Source: Eledone cirrhosa
Taxonomy: Eukaryota
Reading direction: 5' to 3'
Length of the DNA: 64,000 nt
Assembly: GCA_964016885.1 (NCBI GenBank)
Contig: OZ024753.1
Span: forward strand, 4,402,001-4,466,000
Shown here piece after piece: positions 1 to 14,485 of the stretch. The notes beneath the pieces were generated by a model that was not told the DNA's origin, ran no database searches, and worked only from the letters and a program-made list of their open reading frames with translations. The position numbers were made by a program, and so were the translations under genes. The first letter of the stretch is position 1; each line of letters starts with the position of its first letter.

Positions 1-45
1 ATATAAAGTAGTGGCCGTACTTGAAAACGAGTTGGCAACCACCAT
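1..45 (+). mobile_element. 3' end of the ~600-bp RTE-derived non-autonomous retroelement (cut by window edge), followed by a (GTAT)n tail
   Basis: ATATAAAGTAGTGGCCGTACTTGAAAACGAGTTGGCAACCACCAT is the reverse complement of the left end of the copies at 7787, 17720 and others; ATGT repeats follow directly. Confidence 0.85.
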
Positions 46-1669
46 GTATGTATGTATGTATGTATTTATGTGTATATACATATATACACATATACATACA
101 TATATACATCTATATACATATCCACATATATATACATATATACATATATATGCATATATATAAAACTAATTTGCTCATACATACATATATACATACATAC
201 ATACAGTGTAGTTATTGTTTATATTGCATCTGAATGAGACGTTCTATGCAAGCTGCAACATGATATAAACGGTTGATTTTTATTGCATTGGGATTTTTAC
301 ATGGGATGAATACTAATGTAATTACTCCAAGCTGTTGATAACAATGAATAAGACAGATACATGACTGTGCATGTCACTGTTAGAAGCAAAATATTGAAGC
401 ACTTGTGTGGAGCGAAAGAACACACTTACGTCTCGTCACCGTATGAATGCATACACGCATAGAATTTGGAGAACAATAACTATAAATGTTGTGCAACATA
501 GAGCTATAGCAAAAACCCGGGTTATCAAGTTATCAAAATGTTATTAATTTTACCAGCTTTCAGGATATATTTCTGATGCTCACTCTTGCGATTATGCAGT
601 AATCATAATCTATATTATTATTGTCGCTTTGATCCGGCCGTTTGAGAGAAATATTTTCAGCAAACAATAGAGTCTGGCTTACATATTCTAATCAATGCCA
701 TCTTACGTTATGATCTATAATATGAGATTAGTTTCTGGAGACTTCAACTGTGCTAGAAGCAGGATTCGATGAGCGATGTATAGTGATCTAATGTATTACC
801 TGTAGTATAATATATTAAATCTCCGTTTCAACGTCGTACCTCAATTTGAAGTCGTCATGAAATTTTAGATTAATTTACTCGCGTTACGTAACCGGCCCAT
901 CAATCTCCGTAATAACATATATACTACTGAAGTCATGCAAATCCTAATTCTATGAGTAGCACATGTCACCTATTTCAAGCCTGAAAGTGGACTGTGGATG
1001 TATGACAGTATTTCTCCTTGAAGCCTTTTGTATAAAAGCATGCACGAAATGATATCGCGATATATTAAACCAAGCACAATAAACAGCGAAGCCGTTGTTT
1101 AGCTACATGTATATGCAGATATGATATAGCCTCGATAAGGCATTGAGGAATAGACTTCCTCTTTCTAATATTCTCACTAAATGACGTATTTCTTCCCACA
1201 CGATGTTATCAGATCTGTCGAGGGCTATATGCTACATTCTATTTACGAAATCGAAACGCATATAACACATATATGTCAGGTTTAGATTTATGAGATATAT
1301 CACGTCTAAAGACAATAGAAAACCTATCTTAGTCATATCTTAAAACTATCTGACATGAAGACAATAAATAATATCAGAATGTCGCAACTACATTGATCTT
1401 TTCAGTCGCTCGCTTGTGGAGAGCATTCTACAAAAACTGCAATTCTTCTATCAAGTCACTCACATGGGTAACTTAATATCCTTTTGTATGCTTTTTTTCG
1501 CAGAGAACTGAACAAGCTAATCGCAAGTGCGTGCCCGAATAAGAAATAAGAAACAAGACATATACAAAAAAATGTTGCTGCATCTCTATTCTTAATCTAG
1601 AAAAGAAATTGCAGCTCTTAATATATGAGTGAAGACGATTAGAGGATATATTGAAGTGGTATTACGAAT

Positions 1670-1779
1670 GTTTCTACTTTTGGCACAAGGTCAGCAATTA
1701 TCCCAGTGCATTACTGGTACTTTATTTTATCAACCCCGTAAGGATGAAACACTAAGTTAACCTCGGTGGGATTTGAACT
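1670..1779 (-). mobile_element. tRNA-derived SINE, 5'-truncated copy
   Basis: Reverse complement matches the 3' ~110 bp of the full SINE at 11193 (GTTCAAATCCC B-box ... GATAAAATAAAGTACCAGTAATGCACTGGG ... CCTTGTGCCAAAAGTAGAAAC). Confidence 0.85.
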
Positions 1780-3855
1780 TGCATATATATAATGCCATTC
1801 AAAAGACGGCAATATTCACAGAACTCATTTATCAGATATAATTGTCTGCTTTACACCTTTCTTACGTTGTAAAATCGAACAGTTTTTATAGTCTTTCACT
1901 GTAAATGCTACATTACGAATATGAAAACTTTAATGGTTAAGTAATGTTTTAGCTATGACCAGTAAGTGATCAACGTCATGCAGAGCAATTGGCAATTACA
2001 TAAAATAACTGATCGAATATATGTTAGAGGTCCACTGTTAGCTACAAAAGACATCATCATGAAATATCATAAAATAGGTATCATAAAATATAACGTGCTG
2101 TTTCTTAATGCCGTATATAATGTACATACTAATATATATGATGCACATCTTATCTAAGAAGTTACGTATACCCTCAGTTAAATTCAAATGCACCACTTCT
2201 TGTATTTTGTATCCACCCTAATGTATTTGAACCCTTAAATCCAGAAAGGCAGAAATATATTAATTCATTAACTACAATTACCTCATATATTTCAAGATAT
2301 AGTTGTCTCTATTTACGTTTAACAGAATCTATATTAAGAAACTACCCAGACATGGACATATTTTTTAACGTAGCTCCATCTTCCTCCTCTGACTAAGTGA
2401 ACATACCTGCGCAATACTGGGAGCAATAAATGACAGTTTAAGCATCACACTCGAGGCAAACGCATTTGGGAATTCCGGAAAAACTGACTGCTCAGTATTC
2501 CATGTTACTATGATTTCAGTATTACATTTTAAGAAACCACACAGAAAAATAAAGATTTATTATTCGACACATCATCATTCAGGACTATAACGGAGCTACA
2601 TAGGTGCTTCTATGTAAATAACCTTAGAATATTAATACGTTTTTATATTCTAGAATATTGGTGATCTATTTAGTTGATGAATATGTTGAGGGGGAAGATA
2701 ATGACGCCGACGATGATGATGATACCAATTATATAAATGTTGATGTTTCTAACAGTTTCTATGATGAAGATGATTTAAATAATGAAACAAAAAGTATATA
2801 TATATATATATATATATATGTTGGTATTACACACCATACCGAAATCCTTCCACAGAAATCTAAGCTACTAGCAGTCTTTGTTCTAATCGCTGTGTCGTAT
2901 GTGTATACATGCACGTATTTGTTGTATTTCGAATATTCTGATAGAGCTAAGTCACAATAATGACTAGAATGGCGTATGGAAATGGGGAGAGGTGGAGAAC
3001 GAGTGTGTGTACTAGGGAACAGCATGTCGTTCATTATAATTTAATTATAAAAGGAAAATTAATTTAATTTGCCTCAAAAGGTCTTTGGATTGGCTCACAG
3101 GGGATGGACACATATTCACGTTATCTTTACTCTCATTACAAATGTTGTTTCTTAGGAGAAAATAGATTTCTCTCTTTATTCGTCAATTCAAATTTTACTT
3201 CAATCTTACCAACATGAAGGACTGACTATTCTTAGTTTGTAAGATAACAAAAGAAATAAAGCTCGTCAGCAGTTCGATCAAAGCAAATCATTGAATACCG
3301 CTTCAGACACTCACAAATCTCCTGTGAATAATCCTGGTGGAATTATTCATCTTGGTTGGCTTTTGAAATGACAACATTTGATTTATCAAATTCTGCAATT
3401 CAGATAATAATGTTCATATGAACAAAAATAATTGTATAAAAATACATCACAAGATAGTAAAAAAATAATAATGATTGAATAGAAAAAAGAAGGAAACAAA
3501 ATATATACAGTCACTATCCTTGTTCATTAATGAATTAAATTTGCCATTAGACAAACCAAATTGAATTTCCAGGACATAAATTAATGAAAAATAAAAACAA
3601 ACATAAAAAGCAAAAATTAATTGTTTAATCTTTACTTTATTATAAATTGCATCGACGCAATGTGAGCATTTTTATGTTTTTTTAACTCCAATAGTTTTTC
3701 CTTTAGACCCAACAGTTTACTGCTTATAATGAAGTCTGTACCACATTAAAGCACTCATACACGCATATAGTCATATACAGCTCTCTCTTTCCTTCTTCCT
3801 TTCTGCCTACACATACACACACGCACGCTCACATACATTCCCACACACATACACG

Positions 3856-3886
<31 letters not shown>

Positions 3887-4174
3887 ATGTATATATAATT
3901 GAATTAAGATTCTTTCATCATCTAACGATCAGCGTGGTTATGTTGTCAGGACAGTGAAAGATTTAATTTATTATTCTATTTTCATGAAATAGCGCATATT
4001 TATCACATTCAAGAGATTAAATTGTTAGTTAATGTTAGTAAATGAAGATAATAAAACGACAGACATCGAATATTAGAAATCCAGCAGACCTACCCTATGG
4101 GAGTTTCACTATTGATTTATTTCAATTATTATGGGCTTTTATGATTGTAGTTTTATACCAGCAAAGGCATCTGA

Positions 4175-4388
4175 GCGGGGGAGACGGTATGACGTTCGGA
4201 GAAAAGGAACTGCAGTAATTAGTTAGTCCTCTTTACGATCTGAATTGAATTTCTCCTGGGATTAATTTTTATTTTGACTTTCATCCTTTTTAGGGGGGTG
4301 GGTAATAAAACATGAATTAGCCAGCTACATTTAGCAGAAACTATAACCTAACTCGAAACTCTGTGGACTTGCGCCAAATTTAGAAATC
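4175..4388 (+). mobile_element. degenerate tRNA-derived SINE
   Basis: Patchy similarity to the 11193 family: TTTACGATCTGA, GACTTTCATCCTTT, GACTTGCGCCAAATTTAGAAA. Confidence 0.5.
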
Positions 4389-4805
4389 GTTATCCTAATT
4401 TTGAAGCAATATAATATACTCCCGACCAAATTGGTGCGTCTGTAAGAAAAGTACCATAGTATATATATATATGTAAACAGAGAGAGAGAGAGAGGGATGG
4501 GGGGGGGGCAGTCCTATACCGAGTGAGTGGGAGAGAGAAAGGTACGAGAAATACAAAGTGCGTTACAGGTTGGTCTATTAGATTGCAGTTAATGCAAACG
4601 AAATCCATTTTCAGGATTCAGTGTGAGATTTCGAACCCAACACGGTGTAGTGTTGATTTCTATTTTCTACTTAACGTAGGAAAGGCAAACAACTGAAGAG
4701 GTTGGTTTATCATATGTTACGCATGTCTCCCTGTGATCAGTCTCAACAACATCTGATGAGATAGTAAGTTAATAAATGTGTCCGCGTTCTTTCATATTTT
4801 GTGTA

Positions 4806-5468
4806 CTAGCAGTAAAGCCCGGCGTTGCTCGGGGTGGCTCAGTAGCTGTGTTAAATTTACAATGTTAAGTTTCTTTTTTGGCTTAAAGTCTGTCTGCACG
4901 ACTGTCTGTCTGCACGCCTAACGAAATTTACAGATACATATGTTTTAAATAAACTTATATAATTTTTGCTTTTTTTTTACGAAATATTTGCTTGTTTTAC
5001 GTAGTCTTTAAGTAGACTTGTTTTCAAGTAAAAATATTGTTTTAAAAGGCTTTTAAATGGAAAGGAAGCAAAACGGAAGCTTAGTGTTCGAACTTATGAA
5101 TTATGCAGGTCAAAATTTTGCTGGCTCGACAACTGTTCGTGTATTGTGTTAATGTCATTTTAAACGCTGAGAAAGCCAGCGTAATTTTTTTAATTTTTGC
5201 ACGCAGAAAATGTAAACAGAACGTAAGACGCTCAATGTAAACAGAACAAAGGGAAATAACTCGTCACTTACGCTCAAAAATCGATACATTAGATTCGATT
5301 TCGTCACATAGGGTGGGTCAATTTGAAATATGTTTTCCGATGTCTTCGCTAGGGCTCAATGTACAAGTATAGCAATTTCGGTGCAATTCCGTCAGAGATT
5401 CTAAGAGGAGATGTGTGCCAAAAATCGATAGACAGACAGACAACCACAGCTTTATATATATAGATAGA
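4806..5468 (-). mobile_element. non-autonomous Helitron
   Basis: Minus strand starts TCTATCTATATATATAAAG...(TGTC)n and ends with hairpin CCCGAGCAACGCCGGG, 8 nt, then CTAG, sitting between A and T. These are the canonical Helitron 5'-TC, subterminal hairpin and CTRR-3' termini. The 5' end could be 5464 or 5468. Confidence 0.8.
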
Positions 5469-6325
5469 TTACACCGAGATGGTGTGTATGAGTGTCTGTT
5501 TTGTTTCATCGAATTATAATGCGAATTCTGATATGCACCAATAAAAACACACCCTCCAGGTCAACTTAAATCAGAAAATAAACTCTGAATTACTCGAACA
5601 GAGTTGGTGGTCTTGTTAAAATGATACAATGGACAAAGACATATTAAATAGAGCTCAATTTTATGTTTGAAGGGAACATAATATTTGGATGTTCTTATAG
5701 CTTTCAGTGGTAAACTCAACGACAATCTTGTAATTGACTTAATTAGGAAATATAAGAAGTTATCTAAACTCTATTCAGATACGTTACATATAAATTAGTT
5801 TTTAAGAATCTCTACACTAGACAATAACCTTGGATCGGATAAAAAGATCACAAGCTGACTATGAAGCTGTGGAGTTTTGCATGCATTAGTTTCACATCTT
5901 CCTGTTAATAAATGCGTTCTGTATTTCTAGGGACTATGTTGAATAAAGAAAAAAAAACAATTTGCTCGTTCCATGATAATTTCAGCCTACGATCTTTATA
6001 CGATAATGTATGAACGTAAAAATACTTATATTTTCCTACAAACTACTCATAGGTCGAAAACAACGAATCATATATTACAATTATATAAAATTTAGCAAAT
6101 CAATTTAATACATTATTTTGTGATATACAGCGTCACATGAAGCAAGCCGCAAGGCTGTCTTTCCCATGAATAGGACTGTTCAAACGATACATTTCTTTCG
6201 ATTCAATGGGAGGCTCCCTTGACCTGCTGCAAAATCAAAAGCTATTTTTGCGAGCAATGAACCTTGAGGTGAATTTAACCCCAAAATTTTTCCGAGCAAT
6301 GTAAGGAACACTTTTGGTTATTTAT

Positions 6326-6364
6326 GCCCTTGAGAAGCCCACTGGGCGAAACGTACGCTAGTGC
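6326..6364 (+). ncRNA. degenerate Penelope-type minimal hammerhead motif
   Basis: TTGAGAA-GCCC(ACT)GGGC-GAAAC-GTAC-G followed by AATAAA at ~6372; the core deviates from CUGANGA, so it is probably inactive. Confidence 0.4.
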
Positions 6365-6579
6365 TGTTTTAAATAAACATGTTTTAACGGTCTATTCTCC
6401 GATGTCTTACTTTCCCACGTGCTTACGCTCTGCTAACTCTCTAGCCCACTAAATATTAATACTTTGAATATTTAATACTGCCGGCATTAGTATCGAGCAC
6501 GTTTGACAGACGCTACTTGGCAAATAACTATATGTATAACCTATCCTCTCCTGTTTTCTCTCTCTCGATACGTAAATAC

Positions 6580-7741
6580 TGTATATATACACACATATAT
6601 ATACATATACACACATATATATACATATACACACATATATATATACACACACATACAGATACATATATACATACATATATATATATACACATACATATAT
6701 ACATATATACACATATATACATATATACACATATATACATATATACACATATATACATATATACATATATACACATATATACATATATACACATATATAC
6801 ATATATACACATATATACATATATACACATATATACATATATACACATATATACATATATACATATATACACATATATACACATATATACACATATACAC
6901 ACATACACACATATACACATATACACATATACACATATACACATATATACATATACACATATACACATATACACATATACACATACACATATACACATAC
7001 ACATACACATATACACATATACACATATACACATATACACATATACACATATACACATATACACATATACACATATACACATATACACATATACACATAC
7101 ACATATACACATATACACATATACACATATACACATATATACATATACACATATATACATATACACATACACATATATACATATACACATATATACATAT
7201 ACACATATATACATATACACATATATACATATACACATATATACATATACACATACATACATATACACATACATACATATACACATACATACATATACAC
7301 ATACATACATACACATATATACAGATACATATATACATACATATATATATATATACACATATATACATACATATATATATATATACACATATATACAGAT
7401 ACATATATACATACATATATATATATATACACACATATATATACACATACACATATATATATACACATACACATATATATATACACATATATATATACAC
7501 ATATATATATATACACATATATATATATACACATATATATATATACACATATATATATATACACATATATACATATACACATATATACATATACACATAT
7601 ATACATATACACATATATACATATACACATATATACATATACACATACATATACACATATATACATATACACATACATATATATATACATACATATATAT
7701 ATACATACATATATATATACATACATATATATATACATACA

Positions 7742-7777
<36 letters not shown>

Positions 7778-7786
7778 GACATACAT
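6580..7786. repeat. ~1.2-kb compound (CATA/CACATA/TA) microsatellite array
   Basis: Directly visible; abuts the 3' end of the retroelement at 7787. Confidence 0.95.
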
Positions 7787-8382
7787 ATGGTGGCTGCCAA
7801 CTCGTCTTCGAGTACGGCCACTACTTTATATCCATGTAGGAGAACCCCTACCGATGCGCTGAACGAGTGTGACTTTTTAGTCCAGCCAGCGACTTGAAAA
7901 CTCTGGTACAAAAACTACACCTGTGACAATTATTGACAGTGCTGGGCCCATGGTACCATGTGCAGAGAGATCTCCAGATATAAAGCAATGCCTGTGCCGT
8001 GAAGCTTTTATAGTGAGCAAAGGCACTGCACAAAGCCAGTCCCACTCTCTTAACCAAGATGATATTTACCAAAAAGAAAAACAAGTCAACATCATTGGAT
8101 ATCATCAGGGTTGCAGGTGTTATATCAGAGTTTTCCTTCTCCTAGAATTCTGGCTTGACAAAGGCTAAGGGGTCATCTCTCCCGGTGATTTTGGATGACC
8201 ATTGAATCTTAAGAGCTCCTTTGCCCTTTGACAGGATTGGTTTTTAGTCCTGCAGGATGTCCAAAGTCACCCTCCTCACCAAGAAACCTCGGTAGGGTTG
8301 CCAGTTTAGTCGCCAACGACCCGACCATGAGACAGGTTGTACTGGGATACATGTTACCAGTAGCACCAACTGGTGACCTGAC
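7787..8382 (-). mobile_element. full-length ~600-bp non-autonomous RTE-derived retroelement, copy A
   Basis: Near-identical to copies at 17720, 32881 and 34221. Minus strand has an RTE-type 5' UTR motif (CTAGGAGAAGGAAAACTCTG), a C-terminal C2H2-like peptide [23 protein letters not shown], a 3' stem-loop CTCG-N4-CGAG and a microsatellite tail. The RTE assignment rests on recalled family features. Confidence 0.85.
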
Positions 8383-10187
8383 ATACATACATATATATAC
8401 ACACATACATACATACATACACATATACACATATACATATATGTATATACATATACATATATACATATATATGTATAAACATATTTACATATGTATATAT
8501 ACATATATATTTACATATACATATATTTACATATACATGTATGTAAATATATATATGTATGTAAATATATATATATATTTACATATTTACAGTAAAGCAT
8601 AGAACTTTCGATACATATACGTATAGACTTATTGTTCTGATGTTGCTATTTCACCTAGAGAAGAACAAAATATTGCTACATAAAATTTAATCTTTTCATT
8701 CTTCTCGCTTCAGGCTTACTAGCAAGTCTGGTTTTGTTTGCTTCTTTCAAACTGAGTTATCAATATTTAGGATTTTATCTGTCTTGTGGGATATATAAGT
8801 TCAAATAAAATCTTCAAGAACTGTATTTTTACATGATATAGAGTTATGATCCGTCTTCTACAATTCAATATTCGAGAACCTTAAAGCTTTCTACGGTAAC
8901 ACAGCATATATTTGTAAGGTATTTGATATGTGAATAGTTCAAGAGGGAAAAGAAATGTAAGTCGATTCAAAATATATCATTACGCTTATAGATATATCAA
9001 TATATGTGAGTGTGCATGGCTCAAGGTATCTATGTGTAAGAGTGTTTAACATATTCACGCACATATCGATTGCATATACATGATGCAAGAGTTTTCAGTG
9101 TTATCTATGAAGGGAAATGAGATTGTATGAAGATCACAACTTTTAGAGGGTTATTAGGATGATATGAGAAGTAAAATATCAAGAAGAGCAAATTTAAGCC
9201 GGCTTGTAACATCGGTTCAAAGAAATTGTATAAATACCGGATATCTAATACTGCAGGTGTATACGCAAGAACACAAAATCACATTATTATGCTCAAAGGT
9301 TTCCACATAACCTTTGCATGCATAATTATGTATACGTATGTATATATACACACACATATATATATATATATATAGATATATATATAGAGAGAGAGGTGTG
9401 TGTCAGCATTTATGTGTATATATATATTCTGAGTTTACACAGTTGCCAATAAAATTGCATATCTGCAGAATTTATGTTTTAGGGAGCACAGTGTAAGATA
9501 CACTCACACAAAAACATATATATGTGTGTATATATATGTGCGTGTGTGTGGATATGCATTTATGTATATATGGTCGTGTTTTCATGTGTACACAATTAGA
9601 GACATCGATACATATTGATATGCTGCTAGAATCGATTAAAGTAAGTCAGGGAAGACTTTAGTTAGAGTGGAGTGAAGAAAATGGAGATGATATAGATTCG
9701 TTAATAAACGAAGATGTATATTGAAGACATGATAGAGTGAAAGACCCACACGTAGATTATGAAAGAGAAAGATTGAGTGGCTCAAAAACATCAAACAATA
9801 TTAAGGTATATTACTTGACGTAATAACTCAAGCTTCAGCTCTAGTAAAGTAATATTATATCGCCCTGTAAGTATACACTATTGTACATACAACTCATATT
9901 TGATGTGATGTGTATTGCAGCAAAGAATATAAAATATATTGTGGCCTCTATGTTATCTAAAGTAATAATATTACGTAAGTTCTTATGTAGTTTGTTCAGA
10001 AACCTACTAATGTTTATGTTCAAACGATCAGTTTACAAATTAACGGAATAAACTAGAAAGAAATGAACACACATTGACTGGTATAATTTTATTAGACACG
10101 TCGTAATGTATAAACACGTGGGAAAAATATATGCGTAAATAGCTAAGCTGCTTTGAATAAACACACAATAACACCCAACACCGCGCG

Positions 10188-10400
<213 letters not shown>

Positions 10401-10454
10401 TATGACAGCCGGCTGGGCATATTAGATTTCTTTTAATTTTTATTTCTGCAAACA

Positions 10455-10484
<30 letters not shown>

Positions 10485-10486
<2 letters not shown>

Positions 10487-10780
10487 TTCGTTTCTGAATT
10501 TGTTTAGCAAGATTCTTTATTTGAAAACGTGTGTTGAAACCGATATTGTTATGCTTTGGGAGGGTCATGTTGCCAATAAGAAACACACGCACCAGTTGCT
10601 TTCTTTCCAATTTATTATAAGTTAAATTTAAGAATTTATAAATTTATAAATTTCCGGTTGGTTGGTTCCACATATATTGTCAAAGTTCTTTCGTCACACA
10701 TTCATTCTTGGACTTCTTCAGTGACTGGGGATTCTTTTCTGTGTTTTTGTGCCTCTCCTTTGTTCTGTCCTACGCCATCT
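10485..10780 (-). mobile_element. ~300-bp interspersed repeat with a hammerhead motif (Penelope pseudo-LTR-like); inverted homolog of 43136-43460
   Basis: Reverse complement aligns along its length with 43136-43460; both abut (TA)n at the same end; minus strand has GTCA-CTGAAGA-...-GAAAG-AA-CTT-TGAC at 10679-10725. Confidence 0.75.
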
Positions 10781-11192
10781 TCCCACGATGTGGGAGTTAT
10801 ACTGTCTTAGTTTATGATGGTTACTGAATGCGATGTGGCTATCTAGTTTAGGTGTTGTGGAGAATGAGATTTTAATGTTATTTTTATTAAAGAGTTTGTC
10901 ATATCTATGGTTGGGGGGAGACGTTTAGATAGGATAGAGAAGAAGCGTTTAGGGATATTAGTGGCTAGATTAGATGAGAATAGTGAAACACCAATATATG
11001 GAACACTACATTATGTAACATTCTCACCTTGTTTTAATTTATATTCCTTTGAAATTTCGATGAGCCGCTCTGTTTTTAAATATGTTAATTATTTTCAACT
11101 GAACCAGATCAATAATGATATATAGTCATCTGATCCAGAAATATTATATGGAGTAGCGAAATAATTGTAAACGGACATTATTATTAATATTA

Positions 11193-11380
11193 GGGCGGTG
11201 GATTGGCAGTATCGGTGGAGTGTCGGACGCCATGCTTTCTAGCATAGTTACGTCCCTTTACGATCTGAGTTCAAATCCCGCCGAGGTTGACTTTGCCTTT
11301 CATCCTTACGGGGTCGATAAAATAAAGTACCAGTAATGCACTGGGTAATTGCTGGCCTTGTGCCTAAAGTAGAAACAATT
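11193..11380 (+). mobile_element. full-length tRNA-derived SINE (~190 bp)
   Basis: A-box-like TGGCAGTATCGG, B-box GTTCAAATCCC, central GAGGTTGACTTTGCCTTTCATCCTTACGGGGTCGATAAAATAAAGTACCAG (resembles the Meta/MESC SINE domain, from memory), flanked by direct repeat ATTATTAATATTA. Confidence 0.9.
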
Positions 11381-11829
11381 ATTATTAATATTATTATTAT
11401 TATTATTCTCTACATTCCTTACATCAAACTAAATATGCTGACAATCTTTTAATAATGTCTTCCTTATGAAATTTGTGGCCTTGTTTTGCTTAACTAAGGA
11501 ATATATATATGTATATATATATATATAGATATATATATATATATATAAGGTTTAATATAGAACAGGACTAGAACTGTTTCATTCAAAGGAAATCATTATA
11601 TATATATTCTTATTCTATAAATCCGTCACAGGTGCAATGACGAATGTTCTCTTCCAGCTCACCTTCTCTAGCATTTCTCTCAGAATTTCCCATGCCTCCA
11701 GCTCAGTTTATATCTTCAATAACTTCTTTCAGCTATATGGTTGCTCTACCAATTAGTATGCAGTCATATTAAAATTAAAAAGGGAAAACGGGAAAATCAG
11801 GTTCTCTCCTCCCTTCGCGTTACATGTCA

Positions 11830-12390
11830 AAACCAATGTCGGAAAGACGATTTTAGCCCTCATACATGCTTTTCCCAAGGACCCAATATCACCACATCAG
11901 TAACCATTATACGGTCAAAGTTGGTTACTCATATGCTAGTAAGCTTAAATTTCGGGTTCAAACATATTTTGGGTTTGGGGGGGTAGAAAACCTGTGTCGT
12001 GCCCGCTGGATCAAATATGCAACAACCCCTGCGATAAAATACGGAGCTGAGTCCTCACCACTGAATCAATACTACAAAAAGGAATCCTGGGAATACATCG
12101 GTATGTCAGAGAGTCGGTTTAAATTTCACTTCTTTCGTCACGAAACGACCTACAGATACACAACGAAGGAAATACTACAATTAGGACAAATAACACATGC
12201 CAACACAAATACAAGAACATGGGCATCTCCATCAAATGGAAGATACTTCAAAAATGTATATGTGTGTGTGTCTGTTAACATAACCAAGATATGCCAATAG
12301 TCAGATCAGGGTGTATATAATACTTAATCATCAGAGATTAGCACAGATGTGTCTGACGAATGTTATGCTTTGTGAAAAGTACTTTTTAGA
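11830..12390 (+). mobile_element. decayed Penelope-like element (end of RT plus GIY-YIG remnant)
   Basis: Peptides FPRTQYHHISNHYTVKVGYSY and EYIGMSESRFKFHFFRH parallel the better-preserved element at 57570-58228; a degenerate hammerhead CTGACGA...GAAAA-GTAC-TTT lies at 12353-12385. Confidence 0.65.
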
Positions 12391-13276
12391 GGTTTGATCT
12401 GTAAACGGTAACATTGATATATTCATTATCTTGCGATACCAAGGAACACTGATATCCTTTAATTCTGTAAATTATTTTACGACGAAATTTAGATTTAATA
12501 TTTTCTGTTTCATATATTATATTTAACCAAGTGAATATTTACACCATATCAAGTTGCTCATGTGTTGGCATGGACATACATTATCTATGTATAATCTTGC
12601 GATTTCTCACATTTGAGTAATTCCTTTCAGTTAGTTAATATCAAAAACTGATGATGATCCACAATATAATCTTAGTGACGTAGTCCTGACTTACTTCGTA
12701 AACAGCACTTTAGTCAATCTCCCATAAAAATCCAAGGTTAATTTACAATATTATGTCAATGTTTACATTTCTTTTTCTTTGAATATTCTGTATACTAACG
12801 TATCTCAAAACAGCCGTAACTACCTGGCTTTCCATCATTATTCTACTTTAAATATCATTTTACAGGAAGCAAACAGCAATGGGCATATATAGTAAATAAA
12901 ACACTACTGCTACACGATATATCTCTAAAAAGATATAACGTCTCTACAAAGTGGAAGGAAGTATATATAGTAAAACCTTTACATCCGATCGTACATATAT
13001 GTTATTAAAAGCCCAATATATGTTCATATTGTTAATGCTATACTTCATTACAAACGCCAGTGTTTGTTTAGTTTTGTTCTGTCTAAGCGATTTCATTTCA
13101 TGTCACCCGTTTGTTGACATTATGTTGTAGCATTTCTGATTTTATTATCAAGTGTTATATCCGTTTCATGTTTGTGTTTTTATAATGTCGTTTTAGGTGA
13201 ATTTATTATTAGTCTCTTCTTTATTTCACCGACCTAGTCATAAAATGCTAAATCGATATGATCTTAATTGGATTTC

Positions 13277-13450
13277 ATACTACTACTACTACTACTACTA
13301 CTAATATAACTAATACTATTAATACAACAACTAATACTGCTGCTGGTATTACTACAACAACTGCTACTAATTCTAGTACTACTAGCAGCACTCCGACCAC
13401 CACCACTATTACTGTGGCTACTAATACTACATAATAATAATAATAATAAA
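13277..13450. repeat. degenerate trinucleotide (TAC/TAA/CAA/CAC) repeat
   Basis: Directly visible. Confidence 0.9.
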
Positions 13451-13799
13451 GCATTTCAAGCAAGAAATAGTGTAGATGGATTATATCTAGCAAGAAAAGA
13501 AAGAACTGTTGATTTGACAGTGTAATCTGGGAGATTGCGTGATGAATAGCCAGAAAGACATCTTTGCAATACGGGCACCCAATTAGAAAGGATGCATAAA
13601 GAGAAAGAAATATTTAGTGAAGGGACATTCATAAACAGTATTTCAGACAAACAAATTAATCGGTGGCTTTTAATGAGAAATACAGGTTGTGAACGAAATA
13701 AGTGAGTTGAAGAAAGACACTGGAATTCTAATTATAGCTACCATATCAATGCTTAATTCTCTATATATTATTAAATCCAAAATAGCCTAAACTTGTGAA

Positions 13800-14200
13800 A
13801 CTATCAAATGCTGGATGTGCAGCGATTGTCAGTGTTTGTAGCTACACGGTACAGGGTGGGTATGTCCATCACCATGATAAATTTAGCTAGGGCTCTCCAT
13901 TCGGACATACTGCACCACCGACGAGTTGATGTAAGCGTCAAACCTTCACTCCAAGTAGAGAACGTTGCTGATAATGACAGGTTCATGTGGAGTTATGATG
14001 TCACAATCAGGTCATACCACGAAATACAAGCTAGAATACCTGACATAGTTATTATAGACTACGCCTCCAGGGTATCTATAATTGTTTACATATCTCATTT
14101 GAGTCTGCAGGAATGGCTAAGAGGATTGTGGAATGTGTCGGCAAAGTAACCATATTTGTTATTCATATATTAACGAATCCCTTAAAATATACAAGGCATG
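13800..14200 (+). mobile_element. decayed 3' fragment of a LINE with restriction-like endonuclease (R4/Dong-type)
   Basis: NLARALHSDIL...VENVADNDRFMWSYDVTIRSYHEIQARIPDIVIID resembles the R4-clade region HD..A..LHW.L...ENxxxKILWDFxIxTDxxIxARRPDIVVID that carries the PD of the PD-(D/E)xK endonuclease. Confidence 0.65.
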
Positions 14201-14454
14201 ATGCAAAATATATTAGTAAATTTGGTTTGGAGATCAGACAGCTGGTTGTTGTTCGATGATATATACCGAGGACCGGGAAAAACACATGATAGTATTGTTA
14301 AACCAATCGGAACACAACTTAAATAGATATAATTTGAAAATTATTCAAATATTTTGTCTCTCTGATTGAAGGAAAGTTAATGACGAACTATAACCCTCTT
14401 TTACTGTTTGCCTATGATCACCAATTGTTGTGAAATGTTTCCCATCTTTCAACC

Positions 14455-14485
<31 letters not shown>

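Noticed and set aside
2658-2960. Acidic 100-aa ORF
   Set aside because: Built from GAT and TA microsatellites with a TTG start; no domain or splice support.
6449-7911. 400-460-aa His/Thr/Ile/Tyr and Cys/Val/Met ORFs
   Set aside because: Microsatellite translations running into the retroelement end; not His- or Cys-rich proteins.
11193-11290. tRNA gene
   Set aside because: Has A/B boxes but no cloverleaf and continues into a SINE body repeated about 10 times; it is a SINE head.
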